Part shown: positions 1-12,699 of the stretch, in pieces | Numbering within the stretch: position 1 is the first letter of the stretch | Layout of the letters: each line of letters opens with the position of its first letter | DNA from: Takakia lepidozioides | Lineage: Eukaryota > Plantae > Bryophyta | NCBI GenBank assembly: GCA_030704615.1 | Contig: CM060734.1 | Location: 63,736,001 to 63,800,000 of the forward strand | DNA length: 64,000 nt | Direction: 5' to 3' | The notes under the pieces: generated by a model | What the model saw: only the letters and a program-made list of their open reading frames with translations | The model's database searches: none | What the model was told of the DNA's origin: nothing | Position numbers and translations under genes: made by a program

Positions 1-532
1 ATGGGGGAGGACATCTTGGATGACCTCAAGGGTCTACCCACTCTCGGCACTAGACTGAAATTTAAACTCAGGGCAGGAAGCCTACCTTTGAACAGCAAAC
101 AGAAGCAGAGAGGAAAGGGAGAGTGCAATTGCCCGTTGTGTGGGCAATCTGAAGACAGTATTCATTTTCTGATACACTGTCCGGGGTTCTCTCACCAAAG
201 AGACGCTCTCTTCAAATCTATTAAGGGTATTGTGCCTGTACCCCTGTTTACCAACTTTGAAAGTCTCGAGGCTGAGCCAAAAGCCCAGGCCCTCCTGAGG
301 CCTAGTTTTTGGGCAAATCACACACAGCAGATTGATGCTTGTGTGAAGGGATTTCTAGAGGATATCTGGAAAACTCGGATTAATTCTATTTATGGAGGTA
401 AGTCTTACTACCAACGTCAGCCCCTGCCAGAGGTAGGTTCTGTCCCTTTTGTTCCCGCTCAAACTGGGCGCGGGGTCAATGGCCACAAGGCTACGGCAAA
501 CAACGTCTTATGAGTACAATCTCTCTCTCTCT
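1..532 (+). mobile_element. LINE (RTE-X-like) 3' fragment: C-terminal zinc-binding domain and (CT)n tail
   Basis: ORF with RLKFKLRAGSLPL...CPLCGQSEDSIHFLIHCP, a CCHC zf-RVT-like motif; stop at 513 followed by tctctctc; near-identical to 1810-2345. Confidence 0.8.
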
Positions 533-2345
533 GTGAAATAAAGGTCCGCTCAAACTGGTCGTGGGCTCAAAGGCCACAAGGCTACGGCAAACGTGGTCTT
601 ATGAGTACATTCTCTCTGAAATAAACTCAAATCACCATGGTGGTAATGACAAGAGATTCTGGTTGGCCCTTCAATGTCTGTACAAGCCGAAAAATTGTCA
701 GCAAGTACAAGCGCTGAGGACTACTAAGGGTGAAGTGGTGACTTCAATGGTTGACATTGTCAAAGCCTTTCAAACTCACTGCCGTATCCTTGGCAGAAAT
801 TCTAGGTCTAACAGTGAGGGTCTTCTGAAGAATGGAAGACACAGTTGAAAAAACTGTTCCTATGTAGCCTGATGAACTGGAGTATGTTTCAAAGGGTTAC
901 AACAAGCTCCCATTAGTTCTTCTGAGCATTTCAACGGATATAAAGCTGGTGGACCTGATGGCATAGTCAAGAGCTTATCAAGCACTGGGGCGACCCCATG
1001 ATAGAGGCCCTTGTACTTCTCTTTAATCCTATCTGGAGGACTGAAATGATCCCCTTCGCTCGCGACAGGGGGTTATTGTGAATCTACTCAAGAAAGGTGA
1101 CAGGGAAGAGCCCGGGGACTATGGAGGCATCATGCTTCTCAATGCTGTTGGCAAGATATTTTGCAGAGTTATCTCGAGGTTGATCTGGAGTCTAGAGGTT
1201 GTTTCCATGAAGGCCAAGCTGGCTTTCGGAGAAACAGGGGCTGTGTGGATTATACTTCACTCTAAGCCACAAACTGGCAAGGGCAAAGCTCTGGGGCTCA
1301 CTAAATTTTTCCACTGCAGAGGGGTCAACTCTGAGGTTAAGAAAACCATGCTTTGTCGCGTTATTAGACCTGCCTTGGAGTACCGATCTGCAATATGGGT
1401 TGATAACTCCAACCCGGCTAAGTCTCTAGAATCCATTCAAGTGGGGGGTGCTTAAGGAGTGTATGTCAGCATGCTCCAAGACAGCCAATGTGGCTGTTCG
1501 GGGTGAGTTTGGCATTCCGTCCTTAAGTTCCCGACGAGATGAATTCAAGGTCAGATGGTGGGGTCAGCTGCAACATACACCAGATATCCTAAGTTAATCG
1601 ACTCTATATCTTGGAAACAGGCTAAGTCCTGGCAGAAGAGAGTAGATGAGGTTCTCAAGGACCTGGACCTGGATCCGCAAGTCTTGACCCTGCTGGATAA
1701 ATCTGACTTAGAGGCTGTAGTGTACAAAGCCATGTCTGTTGCCATGAGATTGTCTGATGAAAATGAAGTTAGGCAGAAAACTTCCCTGAACTTGTTTCTA
1801 GTCTGTGACATGGGGGAGGACATCTTGGATGACCTCAAGGGTCTACCCACTCTCGGCACTAGACTGAAATTTAAACTCAGGGCAGGAAGCCTACCTTTGA
1901 TCAGCAAACAGAAGCAGAGAGGAAAGGGAGAGTGCAATTGCCCGTTGTGTGGGCAATCTGAAGACAGTATTCATTTTCTAATACACTGTCCGGGGTTCTC
2001 TTACCAAAGAGACGCTCTCTTCAAATCTATCAAGGGAATTGTGCCTGTACCCCTGTTTACCAACTTTGAAAGTCTTGAGGCTGAGCCAAAAGCCCAGGCC
2101 CTCCTGAGGCCTAGTTTTTGGGCAAATCACACACAGCAGATTGATGCTTGTGTGAAGGGATTTCTAGAGGATATCTGGAAAACTCGGATTAATTCTTTAT
2201 ATGGAGGTAAGTCTTACTACCAACGTCAGCCCCTGCCAGAGGTAGGTTCTGTCCCTTTTGTTCCCGCTCAAACTGGGCGCGGGGTCAATGGCCACAAGGC
2301 TACGGCAAACAACGTCTTTTGAGTACATTCTCTCTCTCTCTCTCT
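533..2345 (+). mobile_element. Internally deleted LINE copy (RT remnants, C-terminal domain, CT tail)
   Basis: Frameshifted RT pieces (KKGDREEPGDYGGIMLLNAVGKIF; QAGFRRNRGC in another frame; VIRPALEY), ORF 1555-2322 with zinc-binding domain, (CT)n at about 2328-2345. Confidence 0.8.
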
Positions 2346-3112
2346 TCCCCAACACTCAAAATCTCAGGCTGAGCCTAAAGCCATGGCCCTTGAGGGGGCA
2401 GATCACACAGAGCAGATTGATGCTTGTGTGTGTGCTTACAGAGGAAATCTGGATACCCTGAACAAATAGATCAAGGTAAGTCCCACCACTCACGGAGATT
2501 GTGTCTTTCCCCTGTTGTTTTGCCCAAACTGGGCATGGGTCTATGGCCGCAAGGCTATGGTAAAGAATGTCTTTTGAGTGTACTCTCTCTCTCTCTTGGC
2601 TACAACTGAAATTTAAACTCAGGGCAGGAAGCCTACCTTTGAACAGCAAACAGAAGCAGAGAGGCAAGGGAGATTGCAATTGCCCGTTGTGTGGGCAACC
2701 TGAAGACAATATTCATTTTCTGATTCTATGTCCTGGGTTCTCTCACCAGAGAGATGCTCTCTTCAAATCTATCAAGGGAATTGTGCCTGTACCTCTTTAC
2801 CAACTTCAAAAGTCTCGAGGCTGAGTCAAAAGCTCAGGCCGTTTTGGGGCCTAGTTATTGGGCAAACCACACACAGCAGGTTGATGCTTGTGTTAAGGGA
2901 TTCCTAGAGGATATCTGGAAACCCTGTATCAGTTGTTTATTTCAAGGGAAGTCTTACTACCGGCATCAGCCCCTGACAAAGGTAGGTTCTGTCCCTTTGT
3001 GTTCCACTCAAACTGGGGTCAAGGCTACGGCAAACAACGTCTTATGAGTACATTCTCTCTTGGCTTCGGCAAACAATGTCTTATGAGCATATTCTCTCTG
3101 TCTCTCTCTCTG
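2346..3112 (+). mobile_element. Stacked 5'-truncated 3' ends of the same LINE family
   Basis: The terminal motif aaggctacggcaaacaacgtcttatgagtaca plus (CT)n recurs at about 2550-2596, 3020-3060 and 3062-3112; zinc-domain coding segment at 2600-2800. Confidence 0.75.
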
Positions 3113-3444
3113 TCTCAGGTGTCTCCCCTCCTTGCTCACCAGCAAATAGATTTCTCTGAAGAGTGTAATTGGGAGCCTCACCTCAATTGATTGTGAGCAC
3201 GGCTCAGAAGAGCTGAACCAGCACAAATCTGTACGCAGCATCTTCCCAGTCTTTTATGGACATGGGATTAAAGGATGACTCTCCATACTCTGTTTGTAAA
3301 ACAATAGAGCCACAGGGTTTCAGGCAATGAGTCTCAAGCAGGCATGGTCAAACAAAGTCCCATCCTTCCCATCCACTGAACTCATTACTAATTCTGTGGG
3401 TCAAATTACTAATGATGATGGCATGGTGGTCTTTGGTGGGCCAG

Positions 3445-6400
3445 GTGGAGTACCTGGAGGCAGCAGAGGCACGTTGTGCTTTTAAAAGCCTGGCCTACAA
3501 ACGCTTCAAGTAGGGCTGTCTTCATCTTGTGATTTTTGTTCTTCAGTTTCTCTGGGTAGTCCATGTATGTGTGTCCCCCCACCCCCCCTCTCTCTCTCTC
3601 TCTCTCCCTGGTCTGGGTCAATGGCCACAAGGCTACGGCAAACAACGTCTGATGAGTACATTCTATCTCCCTGCCCTCTAGGAAGCCTACTGCCATTGGG
3701 TGGACGTGATATGGGAGTAGATAAATATCTCTGTGACTAAATGCCAGCCTTGTGACCTCGTGTCTTTGCTTGTTTTGACCTGAAGCACCCTGCTTCTGGT
3801 ACGGTAGTGCATTCAGTTTAGTTGGAGAGTTTGGGGCCTCTCCCTCTTTAGAATATGTCTATGTGGGCCATTCCCTGCAGCTCTTTTGCAGTGTGATCTC
3901 TGAATGGTAACAAGCGGACCCCTACGGCTTGGGGGCAGCCCCTTCACCCACAAGGGGCAGTTGCATGCTCTGTCTAGCATGCTTGGCACTTGGGCTAGGG
4001 TTGGTCCTTGAGCTTAAACTTATAGCCTGCGACATCAATCAATCTAATATGCCATGACGACAACAACACTCTCCAGGGTGATTCCTGGGAAATGGTTACT
4101 TATGCCAAATCTAGGGCTTCATGTATAGTTTCCGGGGTGAATCCCAGGATGGACGATGTGTCTTTTAAAACCAGCTGCTCCAGCTTGGGGTTGGATTAGC
4201 TAATGGCTCGATCACGCAAAGCTAGACTGTAGGATGATACCATTGGGCCTTTTGGTGAGGACAAGCTGAATTATAATGGAAGACAGTTAATGAACTGTCT
4301 GGAAGAACTTCAGCCTTTGACCTTGAACAATAGGTCAAAAGGAGACCTGCAATGGACTCATGAGAAGCGAAAAGCCGAGACACGAGTCCTCTATAAAGAG
4401 TGCTGCAATTCGAAAGTCAACAAAGAATTGTGGGCTAGGTACTACCAGTTCCGCAAAGATATCAATCAGCTTGTAAGGTTTCAGAAGAAATTATATTGGG
4501 ACAAGTTATACAGTGAAATGAATTCAAATCACCAAGGTGGTAATGACAAGAGATTCTGGTTGGCCCTTCAACGACTGTACAAGCCAAAAATTTGTCAGCA
4601 AGTACAAGCACAGAGGACTAAGGGTGCAGTGGTGACTTCAATGGTTGACATTGTCAAAACCTTTGAAACTCACTACAGTATCCTTGGCAGAAATTCTAGG
4701 GCTAACAGTGAGGGGTCTTCTGAAGAATGGAAGGACAGTTGAAAAAACTGTTCCTAAGATTCAAGACAGCCCGGATGAACTGGGAATATATTTCAAAGGG
4801 TTACAAGTTACAACACTCCCATTAGTTCTTCTGAGCATTTAAACGGATGTAAAGCTGGTGGACCTGATGGCATAGTCAAGAGCTTATCAAGCACAGGGGC
4901 GACCCCATGATAGAGGCCCTTGTAGTTCTCTTTAATCCTATCTGGAGGACTGAAATGATCCGCTTTCGCTGGCGACAGGGGGTCATTGTGAATCTACTCA
5001 AGAACGGTGACAGAGAAGAGCCTGAGAGTTATTGAGGCTGAGCCAAAAAAGCCTAGGCCCTTTTGGGGCCGAGTTATTGGGCAAATCACACACAGCAGAT
5101 TGATGCTTGTGTAAAGGGATTTCTAGAGGATATCTGGAAAACTTGGATAAATTGTCTGCTCCAAGGTAAGTCATACTACCGTCGTCAGCCCCTGACAAAG
5201 GTAGTTTCTGTCCCTTTGTGTTCCGCTCAAACTGGGCGCTGGTCAAAGGCCACAAGGCTATGGCAAAGAACATCTTATGAGTATAGTCCCTCTCTCTCTC
5301 TCCCCCTGTCTTCTCTATCCCACCCTTCACTCTTGAAAAGTCTTATGGAGTGACGAGATCTTAACACAGACTTCGAGCAGATGAAAATGCTTTGCGCAAT
5401 GGTTTTGGCATGACTGCAGGAATGTGCCACTCTACCTGGAGTGGGCACCCGAAAGCTTGTTGACTGTGGATGGAAGACAAAGGTTCACCAAAGGAGCACA
5501 GGGGGCAATGCGTGAGAACGAGGTGAAGCGTGCTGTGATGGAGCAGCAGTTAGCAGGTGTACCTGATGATAATGATGATGCTGCTCAGGTGTGGAGTCAA
5601 ATGTTGTAAATGATGAGGTTGTTGGGTTTCCCATTTGCAATGATTTGAACCCTCGTGAAGACTGTAACGCCCGAACAGAGTCGTCTCTTCGTTCTTCTCT
5701 TCTGCTCATGTATCAGGTTAAACATAAGATCACAAGAACTTGAAGGGTGAATAGATGACGATATTGAGCATACCTCTTGTGCAATTTCGATGGAGGCTGG
5801 CAGGTTTGAAGCTTTAAAGAAAGCTTTTTCAACTATTCTCCTCATCAATGACTCATCCCTCTGTGTCACAAGGCTTCTTCAAACTTATTACGTATTCATT
5901 TGATGTAGTACTAGACTGGACATCAGACAATTCTTGGGGCAGCAAGTAGTCATGGGGTGAGCAACTTTGATCCAGTACATCAATGAGTCGCCCACGTCCT
6001 CACATACAAGATATAGCTAGTGTCAGTATGTGGTGGTGATGTGGAAAGTTCGGTAAAGGGCCTCTGTGTCATTGGGACAAGAACAGCTCAACACTGCAGT
6101 GCTATCTATTATATCTATGCAGCATTCAGGGTCAGCTTCTTATAATTCAAGGGAAGGATATATTGACTGGAACTGGAACCCTGAATGGGTCACTGACCCT
6201 GCACAGACAGGAAAAGGTAGAGGCAGCATAAAATGAGACTTTCATGCTGACTGTCTTGAGGCAACGTGATATGACTTCTTGAGATCAACTTGTTGAGCAT
6301 GTGACTCACATGGTTTGTGGTTGTTCATTGGGGTATGATCTGGGGCAGGCACAGTCACTGTTTGTGAAGAATCTCAGCTTTTCCACCACAGAGCCATCCC

Positions 6401-8660
6401 TCAAGAAACATTTCCAGCAGCATATCACACAGGGCACTGTTCGCAGTGTCACGGTATATCAGCTCTCACAGGAACCATATGTAGTTGTCAGACCATGCAT
6501 ACCGACACCTTGTGGCTGTAAATCTGCAAGAGTGAGGATGAACTTAGGTTGAAGTTGATACATTTGTGCTTTCAGTATGCTTACTTTAAAGACAGTTGGG
6601 GAAGGAAGAGACAGACGGGCTGTCATGGGGTAGAAGGGAAGTGTGTATGGGGAGGACATCTTGATTTTCGTGCGTTTTCGGGGGCAAGCGGTGAGAGAAT
6701 GAAGAGTTTTTAGGGATAGTCTTTTGTCCAATGAGAAAAAGAAGCATGTGTTGTGCAGATCAAGAAGGCCTCCAAATCAGGGAGACCATTATCAATGGGC
6801 TTTGGGTTTGTGGAATTTGACAGCTCGGGTGCTGCCAAAATGGTCTGCCAGCAGTTGCAGGTCAATGTGCTTTTCTTGGTTCTTTTCATTCCTTTTCAAG
6901 GGGACTCCAATCTCTGTTTCTTCTCTTAGAGGAGATTTGGTTATTGTGTTGAGTCTAGATAATTTGTCCGACAATGTTATGGTGCCGCTCTATTGCTTCA
7001 CACTGAAGCTCTCACTCCTTCTAAGTGACCTTTGGGTTCTTTATACAGTCCTCGGTTTTTCTCTTGTTCTACTCTTTCGCATATGCCACTGGCTTTACTG
7101 TGGAAGTAATAAAATCTTTCTCCTTTCTCTTGTCTCTGCAGTTACTTCACAGCCAGATTGTCCTCTGCTCTGTGCAATCGTAGTTCAGTTTGAATAAGTT
7201 TATAGTTTGGCTTATGTGGTAAAGATTGCATGGTTTTTCATATGCTCATTTGTAAGTAGTTCATATATGGCAGTGTTGGACAACTGGCCACAGGGTTGAC
7301 CTTAAGTTGACTATGACCTCAAGAGCACATCAGTCACATGGTGGTGAATGAGTCCATGCTTTTGTCTGACCAAGCATATGTGGAATATATCAGTTATTAT
7401 AGCAGCTGGGTCAGTGTATGTTCCTCCAACAGCAGGATTTAACAAATATGGTATGTTCAGGGGACAGTCCTTGATGGACACGCCTTGGTGCTGCAATTGA
7501 GCCATCATGCCAAAAAGTCTGCAGGGAGGAATTCAAAGGGGAAGTTGGACAAAAAGGAAAGCTCAACCAAGATCATTGTCAGGAATGTGGCATTTGAAGC
7601 TACTAAAAAAGACCTACAACAACTTTTCAGCCCTTTCGGTCAGGTAAGACTCTCCTCTCATTTCCACCCCTGGCAGTGCAACCACAAGCATGTGGTTTCT
7701 TTGTTGCAAGAACCGTGATGGAATCAAGCAATGGGATTGTTGTCGGCTGTCTGTCAGCAACAGCAATTTTGGGCAGTACCCTCCTGACTTTAAACTCCAG
7801 AACTGCTTTTGAAATGGTTGTTGTCAATTGGGAACTATGCCCTGTAAGGGTAGCCAATGCCTCCTGGGACTGCCGAAGGATTACATCTCTCTCCCTCCAT
7901 AACCCCCTATTTTTGCGCACTTGCATCTGGCATTGGGGCAATCCATAGGGCAAGACGTCTTGGCCTTTTTATGCTACTCTAGCAATACAGATGGACCACT
8001 TTTCAGTCCGTATGGAGAATTCACCCAGCCAGGACAGTACGGATCCTGTTGGGTCTATCACACCGATGATTATCGGTTATGGCATAGCATTACACCATTG
8101 AGGACTCTTTCTCTCTCCTGTGGATATAACAATTCTTCTTTTCTTTCTTCTTCTCTCATGCGCCCTTACACAGGATACCTGGGGTATTTGGCACAGATCA
8201 AGAGTGTACGACTACCCAAGAAGTTTGATGGTCACCATCGTGGATTTGCATTTGTTGAGTTCATCACACGACAGGAAGCTCGGAATGCCTTTGATGCACT
8301 CCAAAGTACTCACTTATATGGTCGGCATTTGGTAAGCTTTCTTGACATGTACCCCCTTCTCTCTTCAGAAGACAAAAGTGGCGATGTGAATCATGCCAGT
8401 TTTCATCCTCCTTTTGTCCTTTTGGGGGTTAAGAGGAAGGTCACAAGACTCAGTTTTGTAATTTGAGCTCTAACAGTCTCTCATTGTAGGTGCTGGAGAG
8501 AGTGAAAGAAGGTGAGACTCTGGAGGAATTGCAAACGCGAACGGCAACTCGGTTCTTTGAAGAGAGTGGGATTAATATGGATAGTGGAAGGCCAACAAAG
8601 ATGAGAAAGCACTCATCCTTGGATGGTACAACAGTGACCTTTGGTCAGTTTGCTGATTAA
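3445..8660 (+). CDS. RBM19: Multi-RRM ribosome-biogenesis protein (RBM19/MRD1-like), last 7 exons; 5' exons lie upstream of the window
   Basis: GT-AG exons 3445-3509, 5420-5588, 6349-6453, 6759-6860, 7461-7643, 8197-8331 and 8490-8660 splice in frame: [26 protein letters not shown]...[13 protein letters not shown]...SMGFGFVEF...[48 protein letters not shown]...[12 protein letters not shown], stop TAA. Confidence 0.88.
3608..3673 (+). mobile_element. About 60-bp extreme 5'-truncated LINE insertion in a (CT)n tract
   Basis: Only the terminal motif is present; it is flanked by tctccctg on both sides (candidate TSD) and follows a CT microsatellite. Confidence 0.6.
4200..5305 (+). mobile_element. 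Internally deleted LINE copy in an intron of the RRM gene
   Basis: 4510-5020 parallels 617-1100 with the same internal junctions, followed by the C-terminal segment, terminal motif and CT tail. Confidence 0.75.
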
Positions 8661-9641
8661 ATTTTGTACTCGATTGGTGGTTCCGCGAAACTGAGCCATG
8701 TACATCCCAGAAAGTTATGCGATAGTACTTTCTAAATCTCCCTCAGCCTCCCTAAGGCACCATGGCCTGTCTGGGACAACCTGGGCGTTTACCACATCTG
8801 GACAGGTTATAACTTCCTGTGTCAAGAGCCTATGTTCATTGGTTGAGAAAAAATACTGCCACGGCGTCCACGCCGACGCAATTGTCGTTTTTCCGAGGTT
8901 TCTGCGACAGACCGGCGTCGCAGAACCAGCCAACCCCCCCCCCCCCCCCGGCAATTCCGTCGCCACATCTAGGCCCCGTGGGGCACCGAGCATCACAATC
9001 CCCTCCTAAGCGCTGTAGTGATTATACACAATATGTTGGAATTCGAATGATCAGAATGCTTCAAATTAGTCCAACATTTAGCACATCGTAGAGTATGGTA
9101 TTATCACATGCCAGTTGTACATGTTTCTCAGCAGTCCCAAATGCATGTGGCTTGATTTTACTGCAAGCGTGTGAGCTGACAGGTACGGCCCGTGAGGTAC
9201 AGCCGGAACCCCGCTCCGGCAGCCTCGTCAGCAAGCTGGACGCCCCATGTCAAATCATCCCCACCCCCCTCCAACCCCTCCACCCGCTGCCCCGCCCGCC
9301 TGCCCGGGATCTTGACCCCGCTCCACCGCTGGCCACGCGGAGATCTCCAGCCACGTGGTGGGGCCCCCCCCCTTGTCTATTGCCTGCCTGGGTGATCCCC
9401 CACCCCATATCAATCAACAGAGTATTTACCCTAAACCCTAAACCCTATAACTTTATTGGTCTGCATCACATGTTAAGATATTGCCATCACACTATGTGGC
9501 CATGGAAAAATGTCTGAAAATTTATAATAGCTCCATCCGTGCATTCTTGTGCACTTATGCAAGTCTGGATTGCAATGGATTGTGAATCTATCAAAATCTT
9601 CCATAAATCTGTAATATAACTCACTTAATGGGTGTGTACAG

Positions 9642-10375
9642 GTGGATAGAGTGAATTTGGAGATACAACAAGCAGAGCGTGATTATGACTTGAACCGTGC
9701 AACTGAGCTGAAGTACGGCAGAGAGACCCTGCAGCGGCAGCTGGAGTCTGCCGAACAGGCTTTGACAGAATACCAGAGCACTGGCAAGTCAATGCTTCGG
9801 GAAGAAGTTACTGGAAGTGATATAGCTGATATTGTGAGCAAATGGACAGGGATTCCCATCTCGGAAAAACCTTCAGATTTTTTGGCTTTGTTAAAATTAG
9901 GGCTTCCGTGACATGAATTTTCCCTCGCACGTGATTACAGGTTTTTGCCCCAGGAGGGGATATGGAATCTGTCCCCTGGCAGGCTGGCATATTTTATGGA
10001 TCTATTATTCTTAATATTGGGCAGACGATTTTCAAACTTGGGCAGCGAGCTACAATGCCGTGACAATGAAACCCTAGTGGCAACGCAGAGGAGAAACGGG
10101 CAGCCTTGAAAACGGGCAGCTTCGTTTATTACGAAAGGTAAAGCACTCGCCCTTGGACTTTCCTGGATTTTCGACCCTGCCCTCGGGACAGGCGCCTCAA
10201 ATCCAGGAAAGCCCTAGGGGGAGGGCTTTATCTCTTATGAAATTACAACAGTCTGAGAGAGAAAAACTCCTACATCTGGATGATGAACTCCATAAGCGTG
10301 TTGTTGGACAAGATCCAGCTGTGAATCCAATGGTCAAGGGCAAGACTCTCTGATCCGAATCGGCCAATTGCTAGC
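9642..10375 (+). pseudogene. clpB: ClpB/HSP100 (organellar ClpB3/4-like) single-exon fragment, interrupted and truncated
   Basis: After an AG acceptor: EIQQAERDYDLNRATELKYG...LREEVTGSDIADIVSKWTGIP | LMKLQQSEREKLLHLDDELHKRVVGQDPAV...LSDPNRPIAS; ends before the second Walker A motif. Confidence 0.85.
9857..10232. mobile_element. 376-bp non-autonomous insertion of unknown class in the ClpB fragment
   Basis: Its removal restores att cct ctt atg (I-P-L-M) in frame; subterminal 20-bp inverted repeat at 10151-10170/10199-10218; no TIRs seen. Confidence 0.65.
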
Positions 10376-11159
10376 TAGGAGGAGGTGGGCGATATGGAGG
10401 AGGAGCATAAGGGCCATACTGGCCAGCTGCATAATTGTATTGGGGGGCCGTTCCTTACTAATCAACACACAAGAAGGTCCTACTGCAAGAAGAACTGTTT
10501 GGCACGCATACCACAATCCTAAGGGTCGGTAGTGGTAAAAGTGCCAAGACATACTAGTATATTGCTAATACTAGTATCAAGTCGTTGTTTCCATGAACAA
10601 ACAAAACCCTATTTTAACTAATTCTTGACTTTTGGCTTAAAACCGGACCAAACTTAATATGTATTTGAATTAAAATTAATTCAAAATTTGTTAATAATAT
10701 CTTGGATAGTAATGTGTGATTGAACTTTGTGAAATTACAAGTGATGTCATACTTGCTTCAAAATGTAACATATAAGATGTCCATTTGACATTGAAGTGCT
10801 TGTGAAGTTGCAGTGTAACTCAACAATTCATTGAACGTCGATTGGGAAATCGAAAGATGTAATATTACATTATGTTACAATCACGATAAACAAATGTGTC
10901 GAATCGAACATGGGATAGACTTATAGTACTCTACCATACTTGATATAAGTTGATAGTAATTTTGACTGAATCTTCATGTTGACAAGCACAATATTCATAG
11001 ACAATGCCATTGGAATGATGTGTTTGGGTGTGAGAAGGGCAGTAAAATATTAAAATAGCTTGAACATTAGGAAGATGACCTACTAGGGCAGTAAAATAAG
11101 GTTTGGGGTGTAACTAGATATATTAAGTGCAATAAGGTCCAAGTTTGTGGTGACTCGGA

Positions 11160-12000
11160 GAAGGGTTTAGGGTTTTAAAGGGTTTAGGATAGAAAGAGAC
11201 AAACATGTAAACATGATGACTCTAAACCTCTGTAGAATGTAAAAATGTAAGGGGAATTTGATATCCATGTAATCATTCTATCATACGTTATCCAACTTGA
11301 AAATTAAAGAAAACATTAAGAGAATGATACAAATTTACCGGAGGTAACATGGTAGTACAATAAGGTTTGGAGTTTATTATAAGTAGGGTACTACACTAAG
11401 GTTTTGGGTATATGGTTAAAGTAATGGTTTATGGTGCTAAGGGTCAAGCTTAAGCTTGGGGTAAGGATTATTAAGGGAAGGATAAAGGGAAGGGTAAGGG
11501 TTTAGGGTTTGGATTTAGGGTAGAAAGGGACAAACAAATATGGAAGACTCACACATGGTAGTACAATAACTTGGTTTGGTTTAGGGTAGTAAGTGTCAGG
11601 CTTAAGCTTAGGGTAAGGATTAAGGCCAGGGTAAAGGAATGGGCAAGAAATTTAGGGTTTGGATTTAGGGTAGTTCAAATGGACAAACAAATATAGAAGA
11701 CTCACACATGGTAGTACAATAACTTGGTTTGGAGTGTAAGTAGGGTAGTACACTAACCTGGTTAATGGTATATTGTAAGAGTAATGGTTTAAGGTAGTAA
11801 GTGTCAGGCTTAATCTTAGGGTAAGGATTAAGGCCAGGGTAAGGGTATAGGGTTTGGATTTATGGGAGTACACAAAGCTTTTTGGTATATGGTAAGAGTA
11901 ATAGTTTAGGGTACTAAGTGTCCGGCTTAAGCCTATGGAAAGGTTAAGGGAAGGGTAAAACGAAGGGTAAGGATTTAGAGGTGATGGTAAAGGTATAGTG
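11160..12000 (+). repeat. Degenerate telomere-like (TTTAGGG/GTAAGGG variants) tandem region with longer repeated units
   Basis: Many ggtttaggg, gggtaagg and gatttaggg variants; recurring blocks such as catggtagtacaataacttggtttgg at about 11350, 11555 and 11707. Confidence 0.6.
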
Positions 12001-12699
12001 AGTGAGACTCGCACTCACTAGAACGAGACATTGCAAAAAAACATTTAGACCGGATTGGAAAAGAAAGAATCCAGCGGTTGTGCCAGCATTTTATTTTATT
12101 TGGGTGCATTGTCTGTTTTGTAAGCCAGAATCCCCCATGTCACGAATATATCTAGATGAATAGAATGTACAGCAGTGCAGAATCCAACACGGCAGAAAGA
12201 AAATAGATGAACGTCCACTGCCCACTCAAGGTTCAGTGCGACAGAAAAAGAAGATAGGAAAGATCACCCAACGCAAATACGAAGGGAAAGGAGCGTAAAG
12301 AAATTTTTATATCTTAAAATGAAAGACCGGAAATAACCTCAACATTTAGTCCATGGATGGAAAATGGTTCGCAAGAAGGAAACCTTCAGGTATCTGGCTG
12401 AAGGTTAGCAATCTCCAAATTCGCGCGCGCCTTCACTGCTTCCACCGCTGTAATTCTCTTGGTGCTATTTCTTGTCGTATTTTTTCGTGGCGGCATTGTC
12501 CACACGACATTGTTCACGTGGATCCATTGAGCAGGATATGCCGGGTTGTACTCCCAAACTTTTGACCAACAGTCCCAGTACCTCTCAAAGTCTGAGGGGT
12601 TACCTTCTTTCTTCGGTCTCCACCTTCACTTTCTTAAAATTATGATCTTCTCTTTCTCAGATGACATCTGAAATTGCCAGTCCCATCCAGACCGGGCAC

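Noticed and set aside
3648-3675. CTGATGA as a hammerhead core in the LINE tail
   Set aside because: No stem II or GAAA follows; other copies read CTTATGA or TTTTGA, so it is a point variant.
9428-9447. (CCCTAAA)n tract as a telomere or PLE remnant
   Set aside because: Fewer than three units and no adjacent PLE sequence; compatible with an ordinary telo-box.
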